From an uncultured Alphaproteobacteria bacterium (GTDB lineage Bacteria; Pseudomonadota; Alphaproteobacteria; CAAHEQ01; UBA3637): DNA of 64,000 nucleotides. A program made the position numbers and the translations under genes. The first letter of the stretch is position 1; each line of letters opens with the position of its first letter. The notes under the pieces were generated by a model that was given only the letters and a program-made list of their open reading frames with translations, searched no databases and was not told where the DNA came from. Location: positions 22,889-86,888 of the forward strand of contig CANQUX010000004.1 in NCBI GenBank assembly GCA_947627155.1, in the 5' to 3' direction. This document shows, in pieces, positions 45,892 through 55,092 of the stretch.

Positions 45892-47952
45892 ATGAAACAC
45901 ATAATCCGACTTTTCTTCTTTATTTGCTTAATCAGTATGGGAGCTGTTCTTTCTCAATTGAATTTGGGTAACGGACAAGCGGTGTTTTGGGTTTGTTTCG
46001 GATTAACGCTTATTATTGGCGGCAGTGCTTGTTTTTACTTCATCCGTGTTAAAAATCATAAATTGTTATTGTTAATTGGTGTCGCTCTTTTTTCTGTGTG
46101 CTTATTTTCCGGTTCAATCGGTTACGCGGACAGTGTCAGGGTGAGTAATTTGGGACAGCAAGATAAGCTGAATGATTATAAAAGCTGGGTTTCTTCTTTT
46201 GAGAGCGCGTTAAAAAATGATAACACGTTGAAAGATTATGACGGCATTATGGACGGGACAAAAATTCCCGTTATTAACGGCGAGACTGCGCAGTTAGCTT
46301 CGCGGGCCAATTTGGCTTGTCAAATGCTTGAATACAGTGACAGCAATGAGGCCGGTTCTTATGAGGATACGTGTGAAAATGCCAAAAAATATACCGATGT
46401 TGTCGGAAAAGTTTATAACAGTATGGGATCGGGATGCAGTCCCATTGCCAGTATCGTTAAAAACATATTGAATAAAAATTCCTGTTGGCCATGTGATGTA
46501 ACGGCATTGGTTATTACCGCCATTCAGGAAGTTGCAAAAAGTTCACATGAGGTTATGACAAAGGCAGCGCTTAATTTAATGGGCGGATTATTTTTGCTGT
46601 GGTTAGCTTATGTAACATTGGCCTTTTTCGGTAAGTTCGGTTTTGCGCGTATTTCCGAATATTTAACAAACGTTTTAAATAAAGCGATTCTTGTTTTAAT
46701 TGTGGCAGCCTTTTTGCATTTACCGGTTCCGGAAATTTATAGTAAAACCGTTTCGCCGTTTGTGCAGTTTACGGCGGGATTGACACAGGTGTTTTCGCAA
46801 GAGGGTGAAGCTGCCGCGAAAAAAGCAGGTAAAACATTACACATATTGCAAAACATCATTACCGGCGGTACAAATCCGAAATGTAAATATTGTGATAATA
46901 TGAGCAGTTCAATGGCTGATGATTCGCCGTCATTTTTGGATCAAGGATCCGTGAACGGCTTATTGTGTACCGTTTGTACGGTTTATCATCAGGTTGCACC
47001 GATGATCAGTTTAGGGCAAGGGCTTTCCTGTTTTTCGGGAATGTCCCAAAAATCCAACAGTGACAGTAGTACAATCGGCGGTACTTCCTCATTCGGCGTT
47101 CCCCGAATAGGCGCTTTGCTGGCCGGAACAACCATTGTGTTGATTTTCTCGTTTTTGATGTTTATGATTGCCTATTATATCATTTCATCGGTGTTACAAT
47201 TAGGGTTTGTTATTATTTTATTGCCGTTTTGGATGGTTGCTTTTGTCTTTAAGGCCACACGGGAGTATACCAAAAATGCATGGATATTGGTTTTGCATGC
47301 AATGGGAACATTGATTTCGCTATCATTAAACGTTGCTCTGGTAATGGTCGGATTTAGTGAATTGTTATCCGGAAAAGTTGCTTTGGCACTCGGTTGGGGT
47401 ATTATTTCCGGCTCGCCGACAACTGTGATGGATGCTTTTACGGGGGGTGAAATTTTTCAATCTCAAAGTGAAGGAGATGGTTCATTTTTCTCGGGATTAA
47501 CGGATAAGCTCATTGATTTTGCCGTTAATCAGGCAATCGGTATGTCACCGACGCATGCTATTCTTTTGCTGATTGCATATGCTATTTTGTCCATTACGAT
47601 TGTCAGCAACACTTCGTTTTTTGTTGAACGTATTTTAGATGCCTGGATTAACAGAGAAGCCAACCCGCAAGGAGAAATGATGGCCGGTATTCAAGCTGCC
47701 GGTAAAGGGATTGGTTCCATGTCGCGGTTAGGTGCTGCCGGTGCAGGTGCTGCTGTCGGTGCGGTATCGGCAAGTTATGCTCGTATGCGTGATAAGCTGG
47801 ATAAGCAGCGAGCAGAGGCATCGAAATCGAGTAAAGGGCATACACCTAATACATATGGAAGTACGGCTGCCGAGATTATTAACCGTAATGTTTACGGATG
47901 GGAAGATAAGAAAACGTCGGATAAATCAAAAGAAAAATCAACAAAGAAATAA
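45892..47952 (+). CDS. Polytopic membrane protein, paralog 3, with a CWPC motif.
   Basis: RBS GGAGAAGGAG. 'KNSCWPCDVTALVITA'. 'ILLPFWMVAFVFKATREYTKNAW'. Additional 'CKYC' and 'CTVCTV' motifs. A long Ala/Gly/Ser/Lys tail. Confidence 0.6.
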   Translation: MKHIIRLFFFICLISMGAVLSQLNLGNGQAVFWVCFGLTLIIGGSACFYFIRVKNHKLLLLIGVALFSVCLFSGSIGYADSVRVSNLGQQDKLNDYKSWVSSFESALKNDNTLKDYDGIMDGTKIPVINGETAQLASRANLACQMLEYSDSNEAGSYEDTCENAKKYTDVVGKVYNSMGSGCSPIASIVKNILNKNSCWPCDVTALVITAIQEVAKSSHEVMTKAALNLMGGLFLLWLAYVTLAFFGKFGFARISEYLTNVLNKAILVLIVAAFLHLPVPEIYSKTVSPFVQFTAGLTQVFSQEGEAAAKKAGKTLHILQNIITGGTNPKCKYCDNMSSSMADDSPSFLDQGSVNGLLCTVCTVYHQVAPMISLGQGLSCFSGMSQKSNSDSSTIGGTSSFGVPRIGALLAGTTIVLIFSFLMFMIAYYIISSVLQLGFVIILLPFWMVAFVFKATREYTKNAWILVLHAMGTLISLSLNVALVMVGFSELLSGKVALALGWGIISGSPTTVMDAFTGGEIFQSQSEGDGSFFSGLTDKLIDFAVNQAIGMSPTHAILLLIAYAILSITIVSNTSFFVERILDAWINREANPQGEMMAGIQAAGKGIGSMSRLGAAGAGAAVGAVSASYARMRDKLDKQRAEASKSSKGHTPNTYGSTAAEIINRNVYGWEDKKTSDKSKEKSTKK

Positions 47953-47979
47953 GTGTCGAAAAACGAGTATCATAAAAAA

Positions 47980-48006
47980 AACCTTGGTTTTCCCAAGGTT
48001 TTTTTA
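47980..48006. terminator. Bidirectional intrinsic terminator between the membrane-protein trio and tRNA-Leu.
   Basis: Stem AACCTTGG/CCAAGGTT (8 bp), loop TTTTC, flanked by A8 on the 5' side and T5 on the 3' side. Confidence 0.65.
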
Positions 48007-48095
48007 TGGTGCGGAAAGCCGGAATCGAACCGGCACGGGAGCAAAGTCCCAACAGATTTTAAGTCTGTTGCGTCTACCAGTTCCGCCATATCCGC
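48007..48095 (-). tRNA. tRNA-Leu (anticodon TAA).
   Basis: The reverse complement reads GCGGATATGGCGGAACTGGTAGACGC ... anticodon loop CTTAAAA ... long variable arm ... GGTTCGATTCCGGCTTTCCGCACCA, with the CCA encoded. Confidence 0.9.
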
Positions 48096-48253
48096 GTGGT
48101 AGAAAACAATTTGTGTTATATCTTATAATTTAAAAATCGTCAAGAGTTTTTTTGCGATTTTATGAAAATTTTTTTTGAAAATGAAAATAATGCTTGATTC
48201 ATCCTTCCTTTTTGTGCTATTTTCAATTAAATTATATGAAAAGGAGCTTTTCT

Positions 48254-49387
48254 ATGGATGAATTTGATAAAATCAGAGAGATTTCGGAAGATTTAACCCA
48301 TCGGCGTGAACCCTCATTTGAAAATTTGGTATCACCGACGGCGGAGAATACGTCGAGTGCTTCCATGCCGTCATCTGATCGAACGGAACAAAATAATACG
48401 GCTTTAAAAAGTGCTTTTGCCGATTTGCAATCCGACGGGGAAGAACCGTTTACATCGCCGTTTGCCAACGATTCCGGTTTAAATGATTCATTTATGGAAG
48501 AAAAAAAATTTCCGTCAATGAAAATTCATTTAATCGGGTTAACTTTGTTTGTTGGTATTTTAGCGGTTGTTTTGGCCGGCTTTTTCATTTTTAACAACGA
48601 ACCGGAAGATATGAGCGAAGTGGTAACCATTACGGCTGAACCGGTTGTTGTGAAGGAATTGCCGGAGCAGGCGGGCGGTATTAACATTCCCGATCAGGAT
48701 AAGTTGGTCTATAATCGAATTCGGTCAGAAAATGTAACGGCCAAAGTGGAAAGTTTGTTCCCGGAACCGGAAAAGCCTGTTATGCCGCAAATTCTTGCCA
48801 TTGAAGATAACACGCCCGAGCAGAAATTTGTTGATATGAATGCCGTTAAGCCCATTAATCCGTTAGAGGGCACGCAAACGGCATCATCGGCACAACCCGT
48901 TGAAGAAAAACCGCAAATACCTGTTGTTCAACCGCAACCCGTTCAGCCGCAAGTTGTACAGGCACCGGTTGTTAAAGATGAAAAACCCGTACAAGCTCCT
49001 GTTGTTGTTCAAACGCCAAAAGCTGAACCGGTTAAAATTCCGGAACCGAAAGTTGAACCTGTGCAAATAGCGCAACCGACGGTAAAACCGGCGGAGAAGG
49101 CAAAAATTACGACCGAAAATGTTGCTAAACCTGTTCAAAAAGGAGCATGGCGCGTGCAGTTGTTTGCTTCCAATAATAAAACAGCTGTTGAAAAAGCATG
49201 GTCAAAAATTCAATCTCAACAAAAAGCGTTGCTTTCCGGGTTGCCGTATGAAATTGAAACGGCCACTATTGCCGGAAAAGGAAAGTTTTATCGGTTGAAA
49301 GTCGGATCTTTCCCCTCTCGCGAATCGGCAGCCGACTTATGCGGTAAACTCAAAGCACGCAAGCAAGATTGTATGCCGGTCAAGTAG
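48254..49387 (+). CDS. SPOR-domain (peptidoglycan-binding, septal) protein.
   Basis: RBS AAAGGAG, then ATG at 48254. One TM segment ('LIGLTLFVGILAVVLAGFFIF'). Pro/Val/Gln-rich linker. C-terminal SPOR fold: 'GAWRVQLFASNNKTAVEKAWSKIQ ... GKGKFYRLKVGSFPSRESAADLCGKLKA'. Confidence 0.75.
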   Translation: MDEFDKIREISEDLTHRREPSFENLVSPTAENTSSASMPSSDRTEQNNTALKSAFADLQSDGEEPFTSPFANDSGLNDSFMEEKKFPSMKIHLIGLTLFVGILAVVLAGFFIFNNEPEDMSEVVTITAEPVVVKELPEQAGGINIPDQDKLVYNRIRSENVTAKVESLFPEPEKPVMPQILAIEDNTPEQKFVDMNAVKPINPLEGTQTASSAQPVEEKPQIPVVQPQPVQPQVVQAPVVKDEKPVQAPVVVQTPKAEPVKIPEPKVEPVQIAQPTVKPAEKAKITTENVAKPVQKGAWRVQLFASNNKTAVEKAWSKIQSQQKALLSGLPYEIETATIAGKGKFYRLKVGSFPSRESAADLCGKLKARKQDCMPVK

Positions 49388-50065
49388 ATGTTAAATTTAA
49401 ATAATGTAATTTATACCATAACAACATGGATTTTGCCGTTGTTGCTTTCTTTGATTTTGCATGAAGTGGCGCACGGATATGTTGCTTTAAAACTGGGTGA
49501 TAAAACGGCAGAGAGAGCAGGGCGCTTAACCCTGAATCCGTTTGATCATATTGATTGGATGGGAACCGTTGCCGTTCCGTTATTTTTGTTAGCCGTTCAA
49601 GCGCCGGTATTATTTGGTTGGGCAAAACCGGTGCCTGTTAATTTTTCAGCCTTGAATCACCCCAAACGCGATATGGGGTTGGTTGCGTTGGCAGGGCCGG
49701 TAACAAACTTTTTATTGGCTATTTGTTTTGTTATTTTTGCGCGTGTGGTTTTGCCGTTTTGTGATCCCGATTCGTTTGCCGGATTATGGATTGCTCAAAA
49801 TGTTTATAACGGCGTGTTAATCAGTGTTATTTTGGGCATTTTCAATTTATTTCCGGTGTTACCGCTGGATGGCGGGCGTGTTTTGGCAGCGCTTTTACCG
49901 AAAGGGTTAAGTGAAAAATATCAGGAGACGGAGAAATACGGCTTTATGATTTTATTGCTGTTATTGTTTGTTTTACCGTTTTTGGGGATCAATGTTATTG
50001 ACTGGTTTATCGGGACGCTTTTTCCGTTTTTTATGCGAATAATCAATCTGTTAGTCGGTGCTTAA
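49388..50065 (+). CDS. Site-2 protease family (peptidase M50) membrane metalloprotease, short form.
   Basis: 'LILHEVAHGYVA' (HExxH in a TM segment) and 'FNLFPVLPLDGGRVL' (the LDG motif). 225 aa. The start codon abuts the stop of the SPOR gene. Confidence 0.75.
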   Translation: MLNLNNVIYTITTWILPLLLSLILHEVAHGYVALKLGDKTAERAGRLTLNPFDHIDWMGTVAVPLFLLAVQAPVLFGWAKPVPVNFSALNHPKRDMGLVALAGPVTNFLLAICFVIFARVVLPFCDPDSFAGLWIAQNVYNGVLISVILGIFNLFPVLPLDGGRVLAALLPKGLSEKYQETEKYGFMILLLLLFVLPFLGINVIDWFIGTLFPFFMRIINLLVGA

Positions 50066-50353
50066 AAAAAGAAACAATTCAGTCATTTCGAATCGCTTGA
50101 TTTTGTTTTTTATTTTAAAATTCAAATAGTTGTATTTTGTTGGTTTTTTATGATTCTCAATTATCCGTTTTCTTTGCCTGCAAGAAGTGTTTTTAAGGGC
50201 AAAAAAAATTCAATTTTCGGAAAAAATCAGAAAAAAACGAAGTTTTGCCACAAAAATATTTTAGTAAAAGTAAAAAATAAAATAAAAAAACGCATATATT
50301 TCAATTGATTGTAAAATAATTAAATCATTTGTCAAATATTTTTTAAAAATATG

Positions 50354-50382
50354 TTGACAATTTTTGAATACAGTGTTATACA
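50354..50382 (+). promoter_or_regulatory. Sigma70-type promoter of the candidate sRNA.
   Basis: TTGACA (50354-50359), a 17 nt spacer, then TATACA (50377-50382). It sits in a 540 nt AT-rich intergenic region. Confidence 0.4.
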
Positions 50383-50389
50383 ATAATTA

Positions 50390-50528
50390 TGAGATTGAGA
50401 TGATGATGTTGAACATGTTAGTCTCCCTATGTTTTAGTTCAACATCTTCTAGTGAAAGAGAGAACGTCCCCCCCCTTTTTTTTTAGTTCCTCTTTCATGA
50501 GGCGCCTGTTCGCAGGCGCCTTTTTTTT
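50390..50528 (+). ncRNA. Candidate small RNA (~140 nt).
   Basis: It begins ~7 nt after the -10 hexamer. Internal hairpin GATGTTGAAC(50404-50413)/GTTCAACATC(50447-50456). C8T9 tract at 50468-50484. Terminal hairpin GGCGCCTG-TTCG-CAGGCGCC (50501-50520) followed by T8. It contains only a ~55-codon ORF with no RBS. Confidence 0.3.
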
Positions 50529-50606
50529 ATTTCAAGAATGAATTGACTTCTTTTAAAAATGTGATATAATAAAGATATAAAGGTTAATCTGTCACGGAGG
50601 TAACAC

Positions 50607-51395
50607 ATGGCTATTGAAGAAATGAAAGCAAATAACAAGACCGATCAAACGGCTTTGGAAGAGAAAAAGCAAAAGCTTGAAAATATGGCGGAAAAGGAAA
50701 AGGCACGAAAACTTTCCGAAGTGTTTGATTTACCGACGGGACAAAACGGTTATTTAGATGATGTGTCTTTGGGCAAAGAAGAAAAGGCAACGGTTGATTG
50801 GGATCAGGTTTTGGATAAAGGTTTAGAGAGATTGAGAAAAATGAATGTGAAAAATCCCGATGATTTGATTTTCGCTTTATTTGAAATTATGTTGTTATCG
50901 CCGATTGATATGATGACAAATGCTTTGAACCAAATGCGTAAAAATATGAAAGAAAATCGTAAAAAAGAGGAATCAACACGTCAGTCATTTATTGAAAATA
51001 ACTTAAAAAGTAATAACTTAACAAAGGTGTCTTTGGCGGCAAAGCTTTCGCGTCAGGTGCAAAATTGGTTACTGAATGATCCGGCATATCAAAATTTACC
51101 GGCACAAGGCCCTTATACGAAATATCAAAAAGCAATTATGGAAAAGCAAAATTTTGCGGCGCGTTTACCGAAATCGGCGGACGGAAATATTGATTTTTCC
51201 CGGATGACATTTGCGCAAAAACGCCGATTTACCACTTATCTCACCTGTTTTGCCCGTTCAAACATGTGGCGGCAATATTTAAATGAAATGAGTGGTGTGC
51301 GGTTGCGGGAAAGCGAAGTGCAATCCATTAAAAATTCCGCCGCTCGTATGAAAATGGTGCGTTTGCCGAAAGAAGCGTTGGTGAATACGCGGTAA
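50607..51395 (+). CDS. Hypothetical protein, paralog of the conserved domain of the Gln-rich protein at 40041-42128.
   Basis: 'DLIFALFEIMLLSPIDMMTNALNQMRKNMKEN ... WLLNDPAYQNLPAQGPYTKYQKAIMEKQNFAARLPKSADGNIDFSRMTFAQKRRFTTYLTCFA' aligns collinearly with the 40041 product. RBS GGAGG. Confidence 0.6.
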   Translation: MAIEEMKANNKTDQTALEEKKQKLENMAEKEKARKLSEVFDLPTGQNGYLDDVSLGKEEKATVDWDQVLDKGLERLRKMNVKNPDDLIFALFEIMLLSPIDMMTNALNQMRKNMKENRKKEESTRQSFIENNLKSNNLTKVSLAAKLSRQVQNWLLNDPAYQNLPAQGPYTKYQKAIMEKQNFAARLPKSADGNIDFSRMTFAQKRRFTTYLTCFARSNMWRQYLNEMSGVRLRESEVQSIKNSAARMKMVRLPKEALVNTR

Positions 51396-51543
51396 AAGCT
51401 GAAAAATCTGATAAAAAAAGAAACCGTTCCCTTGTTTCGAACGGTTTTTTTTGTGCTTTTGCGGAATGTTTTTAAGAAAAATGCAGTTTTTTAAAAAAAA
51501 GACTTGATTTTTTCAAAAAAAAGGTATATGAAAAAAATGTTGT

Positions 51544-51618
51544 TCCAGCGTAGCTCAGTGGTAGAGCAATCGGCTGTTAACCGATCGGTCGTAGGTTCGA
51601 GCCCTACCGCTGGAGCCA
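51544..51618 (+). tRNA. tRNA-Asn (anticodon GTT).
   Basis: TCCAGCGTAGCTCAGTGGTAGAGCAATCGGCTGTTAACCGATCGGTCGTAGGTTCGAGCCCTACCGCTGGAGCCA. Anticodon stem ATCGG/CCGAT, loop CTGTTAA. Confidence 0.9.
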
Positions 51619-51684
51619 TTTAAAAAAGCTCCTTTTGAACGGGAGTTTTTTTTATGGAAAAAGTTGTTTAAATTTTTTTAAAAA

Positions 51685-52416
51685 TCAATTTTCGTAAATA
51701 ACCGGCAAATAAGTATTATAACCGTTATCATGCGTTGCGTTCGGAATGACAATCAAATTCTTTTTATCAACCAGCGATTCGGTTAATTTCCATGAAATAA
51801 CCTGATCCTGATCACCAATCAAATGAATTTGGGGAACGGAAGGTAATTTTTTCAAATCAAGAGAATCCGTTAAGGGGGGCAACTTTAAATTTTCCGTCCA
51901 TTGACCGTGATTTAACACGCCGGCCAGCGTTATCCATTTTTTAACGGGTAAATCGGGATTTTTTTCCATCACCAAACCGGATACCAAAGCCCCGCCGGAA
52001 TAGCCGATTAAAATAACGGGTTGATTTTTTGATATGTCTTGAACGGCTTGTGCGACAGCGGCTATGATTTCCGGTGAAAATCTGCCGGTTGTCCAGTCTT
52101 TTTCGCTGCATTTCATATCGTTTACGAATTGACAGGGGCGTGCCAGATATACCACATTCGGATTCGGATCGTTAAAAGCAATTTTTCTTAAAAAAACGCC
52201 GTGCGGTGTCGGATTCGCTGTGGGTTGACCGGCATAATTGAAAGCGTTTCCGTCGCCTTCAATATAAATGCGAACGGGTTGAGACGAATTTGTTATTTTT
52301 TGCCATGAGGCCAATTGATAAGAATCCGTTTGAATTTCTTTATATATAAAAGAAGGCGGCACCGTAACGGTTTGGCAACCACACAACAAAAATAAAAGCA
52401 AGAAAATTTTTTTCAT
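51685..52416 (-). CDS. Secreted alpha/beta-hydrolase (esterase/lipase-like).
   Basis: Signal peptide 'MKKIFLLLFLLCGC'. Nucleophile elbow 'IGYSGGALV' (GxSxG). His near the C-terminus ('NATHDNG'). 243 aa. Confidence 0.6.
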   Translation of the reverse strand: MKKIFLLLFLLCGCQTVTVPPSFIYKEIQTDSYQLASWQKITNSSQPVRIYIEGDGNAFNYAGQPTANPTPHGVFLRKIAFNDPNPNVVYLARPCQFVNDMKCSEKDWTTGRFSPEIIAAVAQAVQDISKNQPVILIGYSGGALVSGLVMEKNPDLPVKKWITLAGVLNHGQWTENLKLPPLTDSLDLKKLPSVPQIHLIGDQDQVISWKLTESLVDKKNLIVIPNATHDNGYNTYLPVIYEN

Positions 52417-52480
52417 ATCACTATTATCACATTTTTAATTTTTATTGCAATATATTTTTTGCTGTATATAAAAAAAGGGC

Positions 52481-53132
52481 GGGTGTGATGCACTGCGAAA
52501 AATAAGCCGATAGGGGGGGGAACGGACAGCAGGAAAGAGAAAGATTAACGATATTTCTTTCTCTTTTAATTTGCAGACGATAACTCTTTTCTCTTATTTC
52601 GGCGGGAAGTGCTATCCCGCATTTGTGGGATAGCGCGGTGTGCCGAAAATAATGTGATTCGGTAGGATATCACTCTATTATCTGTATATGGCACTTTCTT
52701 TTTCCTCTATCGGCGGATGTGGAGCGGCGCAATTGTGCCGCTCAACTATGGGTCGATAGAGGGAAAGGAACGGCAGGCTATCATTTTGGTAAAAGTGGTA
52801 AAGACAAGAGATATTTTTAGCCTCTTTGTTTATGAGTGGCACTTTCTCTTATTTTCGGCGAGAAGTGGCGGTGTGGGAAATGTGAATTGGCACGGTGGCA
52901 GAATAAAGACTGATTTTATTTTCTCCCCATTCGCAGGTGATAATTCTTCTTTCTTATTTTCGGCGGGAAGTGCTATCCCGCATTTGTGGGATAGCGCGGT
53001 GTGCCGAAAATAAGAAAAGAGGCGGTGAAAATGTGGCAATTTTAACGTTATTGCCGAATTTTCCCTCTATCGGCGGGTGTGATGCGCTGCTGAAAGGGGC
53101 GCTCCGCTATGGGCCGATAGGGGGAAAAATAA
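52481..53132. repeat. Left array of MITE-like palindromic repeats (three families) upstream of pilin-adhesin gene B.
   Basis: Family A, 'CTTATTTTCGGCGGGAAGTGCTATCCCGC...GGGATAGCGCGGTGTGCCGAAAATAAG', at 52593-52652 and 52953-53014 (identical), with a variant at 52846-52900. Family B, 'CCCTCTATCGGCGGGTGTGATGCGCTGC...GGGCCGATAGGGGG', at 53063-53125, with a partial copy at 52481-52521. Family C, 'CCTCTATCGGCGGATGTGGAGCGGCGCAATTGTGCCGCTC...CGATAGAGGG', at 52704-52763. Confidence 0.6.
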
Positions 53133-53402
53133 ATGATGCAAATTTTCTGCTTGACATTGGTATGAAAAGTTTTTATGCTGAAGGCAAGGCAAGTGATGTG
53201 TGCCCCGAGGCTTAAGAACCTCTTTAAAGGTATCCTTGAAAAAGGATAAATATTTGCGCCTTTTTTTGATATTGTCAAAAAAAGGAAACGGTTACAAGAC
53301 CGGAAGGTAGTAAAATAAACCTTTTGGTCAATATACTGCGCTATTTCCTTTAAGTAGTTCTTAACTTCCGGTCGCCTCTCATCAAGGCGATTTTTTTTGA
53401 AT

Positions 53403-53435
53403 ATGCATCAAAAAAACGTACGATTTTTGCAACAC
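53403..53435. promoter_or_regulatory. Operator-like site upstream of pilin-adhesin gene B (a degenerate copy of the nested palindrome).
   Basis: ATGCAT, then caaa, then AAACGTACGATTT, then tt, then TGCAACAC. The right arm and core are conserved with 26443-26478; the left arm is degenerate. Confidence 0.4.
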
Positions 53436-53551
53436 TTTTTTTTGATTTTTTCAAAAAAAATTTATTTGGAGGTAATTTTAATGCAATATCAACAGGTTAT
53501 AAAAAGTTTGTTTCAACACTTTTTAAGGGTAATTTTACCCCCGAATCCGCG

Positions 53552-53580
53552 TTGCATTAAAGGTACGTTTAATTTATGCT
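53552..53580 (+). promoter_or_regulatory. Conserved promoter box of pilin-adhesin gene B.
   Basis: TTGCAT (53552-53557), then the 17 nt spacer TAAAGGTACGTTTAATT, then TATGCT. The 26-mer GCGTTGCATTAAAGGTACGTTTAATT is identical to 26591-26616. Confidence 0.45.
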
Positions 53581-53604
53581 ATTTGCATTGAAAGGAAGCG
53601 AAAA

Positions 53605-55023
53605 ATGAGCAATAAAACAAGAAAAAAACAAATCGAAAATCAAACTCAACAAGGCCGTTCAATGGTTGAAATGCTCGGGGTGCTGGCTATTATCGGTGTT
53701 ATTTCAATCGGTGGCATTGCCGGTTACAGAATGGCCATGAATCGATATCAAGCGAATCAAATTGCGAATGAAATCAATCTCATGCGTACCGATGCGAAAA
53801 TGAAAGTTGCGCGCGGCGTGGAATTATTGCTCGGTGAGCCGTATGACGGTGACGACGGGCATTTGAATTTTAATGCAAATTATGGCGTTGCGGTTAAATT
53901 TGAGGAAATAGGAACAGACACGCCGGGTGAAACGGAAAAGGGCTATTCGTTTACGTTATCAAACATTCCTGAAGGGGTGTGTAAACCGTTGGTAGCCTTG
54001 TTAGATAACATGGACGACACGGCTGATATAAAAATAGGTGACAAAAGTTATTATGATGAGCAGGATAATTTCTGCGGTGAAACGAATGAAGTAATGGTCG
54101 CCTTCTCAACCAAAGATATAGGCGGGGCGAGCAGCGGAAGCGGAGAGGAGCCGGAGGTAACAGACCCGGATCAAGGCGATGAGCCGCATGAATGTGATCC
54201 GGAGACATGCCCGGGAGAATGCAACGAAGAAGGAGTATGTGAATGTCCGGAAGGAAGCCATTTAAAAGGCGATGAGTGCGTGAGTTGTTCGGGCGGAAAG
54301 GTATGGGACGAAGGTAGTAATGATTGCGTTTGTCCGGCGGGAGCAGAAAAATCCGGAGAAGATGGCGAAGAATGTGCGTGCAGTACCGAGAAACCGCATT
54401 GGAATGGTACCGAATGTACGGCGTGTCCGAACGGCAGCACTTGGGATAGTACAACCGGCGAATGCAAATGTGAAGGTAATAAAGTCTGGAAAGAATCAGT
54501 GAGTGGAGAAGATAAATGTGTAGAAATTGTCGGAGAATGCGAGAGCAATGCCGATTGCGGGCCGGGAGAGTATTGTTACATATATTATGGATATGATTGT
54601 CATGACGGCCAGGAATTTCAATCCGGCAAATTTGGTGCTGGAAGATACGATTATACGAGTGAATGCCGGAATGCGCGCAAAGATGCAGTAATAGGAGAAA
54701 AGACTGGTTTTGCATTAGGTTGGCCGGAAGAAACGAAAAGTAATTCTAAATATATGGATTGGTGGAGCGCCGGGCGATTCTGTGAGGCATTAGGAAGGAA
54801 ACAAGCAACGCGGGCAAGCATCGGGTGTGGCGAGGTGTCGTCCGGAGGCACATGTGACAGTCAGATAAGAAAGGATTTGTACGAGGATTTTGGTAGCGGT
54901 TATGTTTGGTTGTACGATATGTGCAATGATTCTTCCTGCGCCGCGTACTACGTTCTCCTCTATAGCGGTGGCGTCTACAACTACAATCGCTACACCGGCA
55001 ACACCTACGCCTTATGTGAGTGA
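53605..55023 (+). CDS. Modular minor pilin/tip-adhesin candidate B (paralog of 26651-28012).
   Basis: Leader 'MSNKTRKKQIENQTQQG|RSMVEMLGVLAIIGVISIGGIAGY'. The N-terminal ~65 aa are ~75% identical to A. The shared pilin core is 'IPEGVCKPLVALLDNMD'. The Cys-rich stalk is divergent ('CDPETCPGECNEEGVCECPEGSH...'). The conserved C-terminus is 'MDWWSAGRFCEALGRKQATRASIGC'. Confidence 0.7.
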   Translation: MSNKTRKKQIENQTQQGRSMVEMLGVLAIIGVISIGGIAGYRMAMNRYQANQIANEINLMRTDAKMKVARGVELLLGEPYDGDDGHLNFNANYGVAVKFEEIGTDTPGETEKGYSFTLSNIPEGVCKPLVALLDNMDDTADIKIGDKSYYDEQDNFCGETNEVMVAFSTKDIGGASSGSGEEPEVTDPDQGDEPHECDPETCPGECNEEGVCECPEGSHLKGDECVSCSGGKVWDEGSNDCVCPAGAEKSGEDGEECACSTEKPHWNGTECTACPNGSTWDSTTGECKCEGNKVWKESVSGEDKCVEIVGECESNADCGPGEYCYIYYGYDCHDGQEFQSGKFGAGRYDYTSECRNARKDAVIGEKTGFALGWPEETKSNSKYMDWWSAGRFCEALGRKQATRASIGCGEVSSGGTCDSQIRKDLYEDFGSGYVWLYDMCNDSSCAAYYVLLYSGGVYNYNRYTGNTYALCE

Positions 55024-55092
55024 GGCCAGCCCGCCGGCCGTCCTTTTCCCGATGCCCCGCCTTTACGGCTTCCATTCAGCGGGGCACCTCTC

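Noticed and set aside
52717-53278. Small ORFs (69-98 aa) within the left repeat array, considered as a possible transposase remnant.
   Set aside because: They are composed entirely of repeat-element sequence on alternating strands. No DDE, HUH or serine/tyrosine recombinase motifs are present.
53951-54715. 254 aa minus-strand ORF inside pilin-adhesin gene B.
   Set aside because: It is antisense to an ORF with a clear RBS, a class-III leader and a conserved paralog. It is His/Arg/Leu-rich, which is typical of GC-rich antisense frames.
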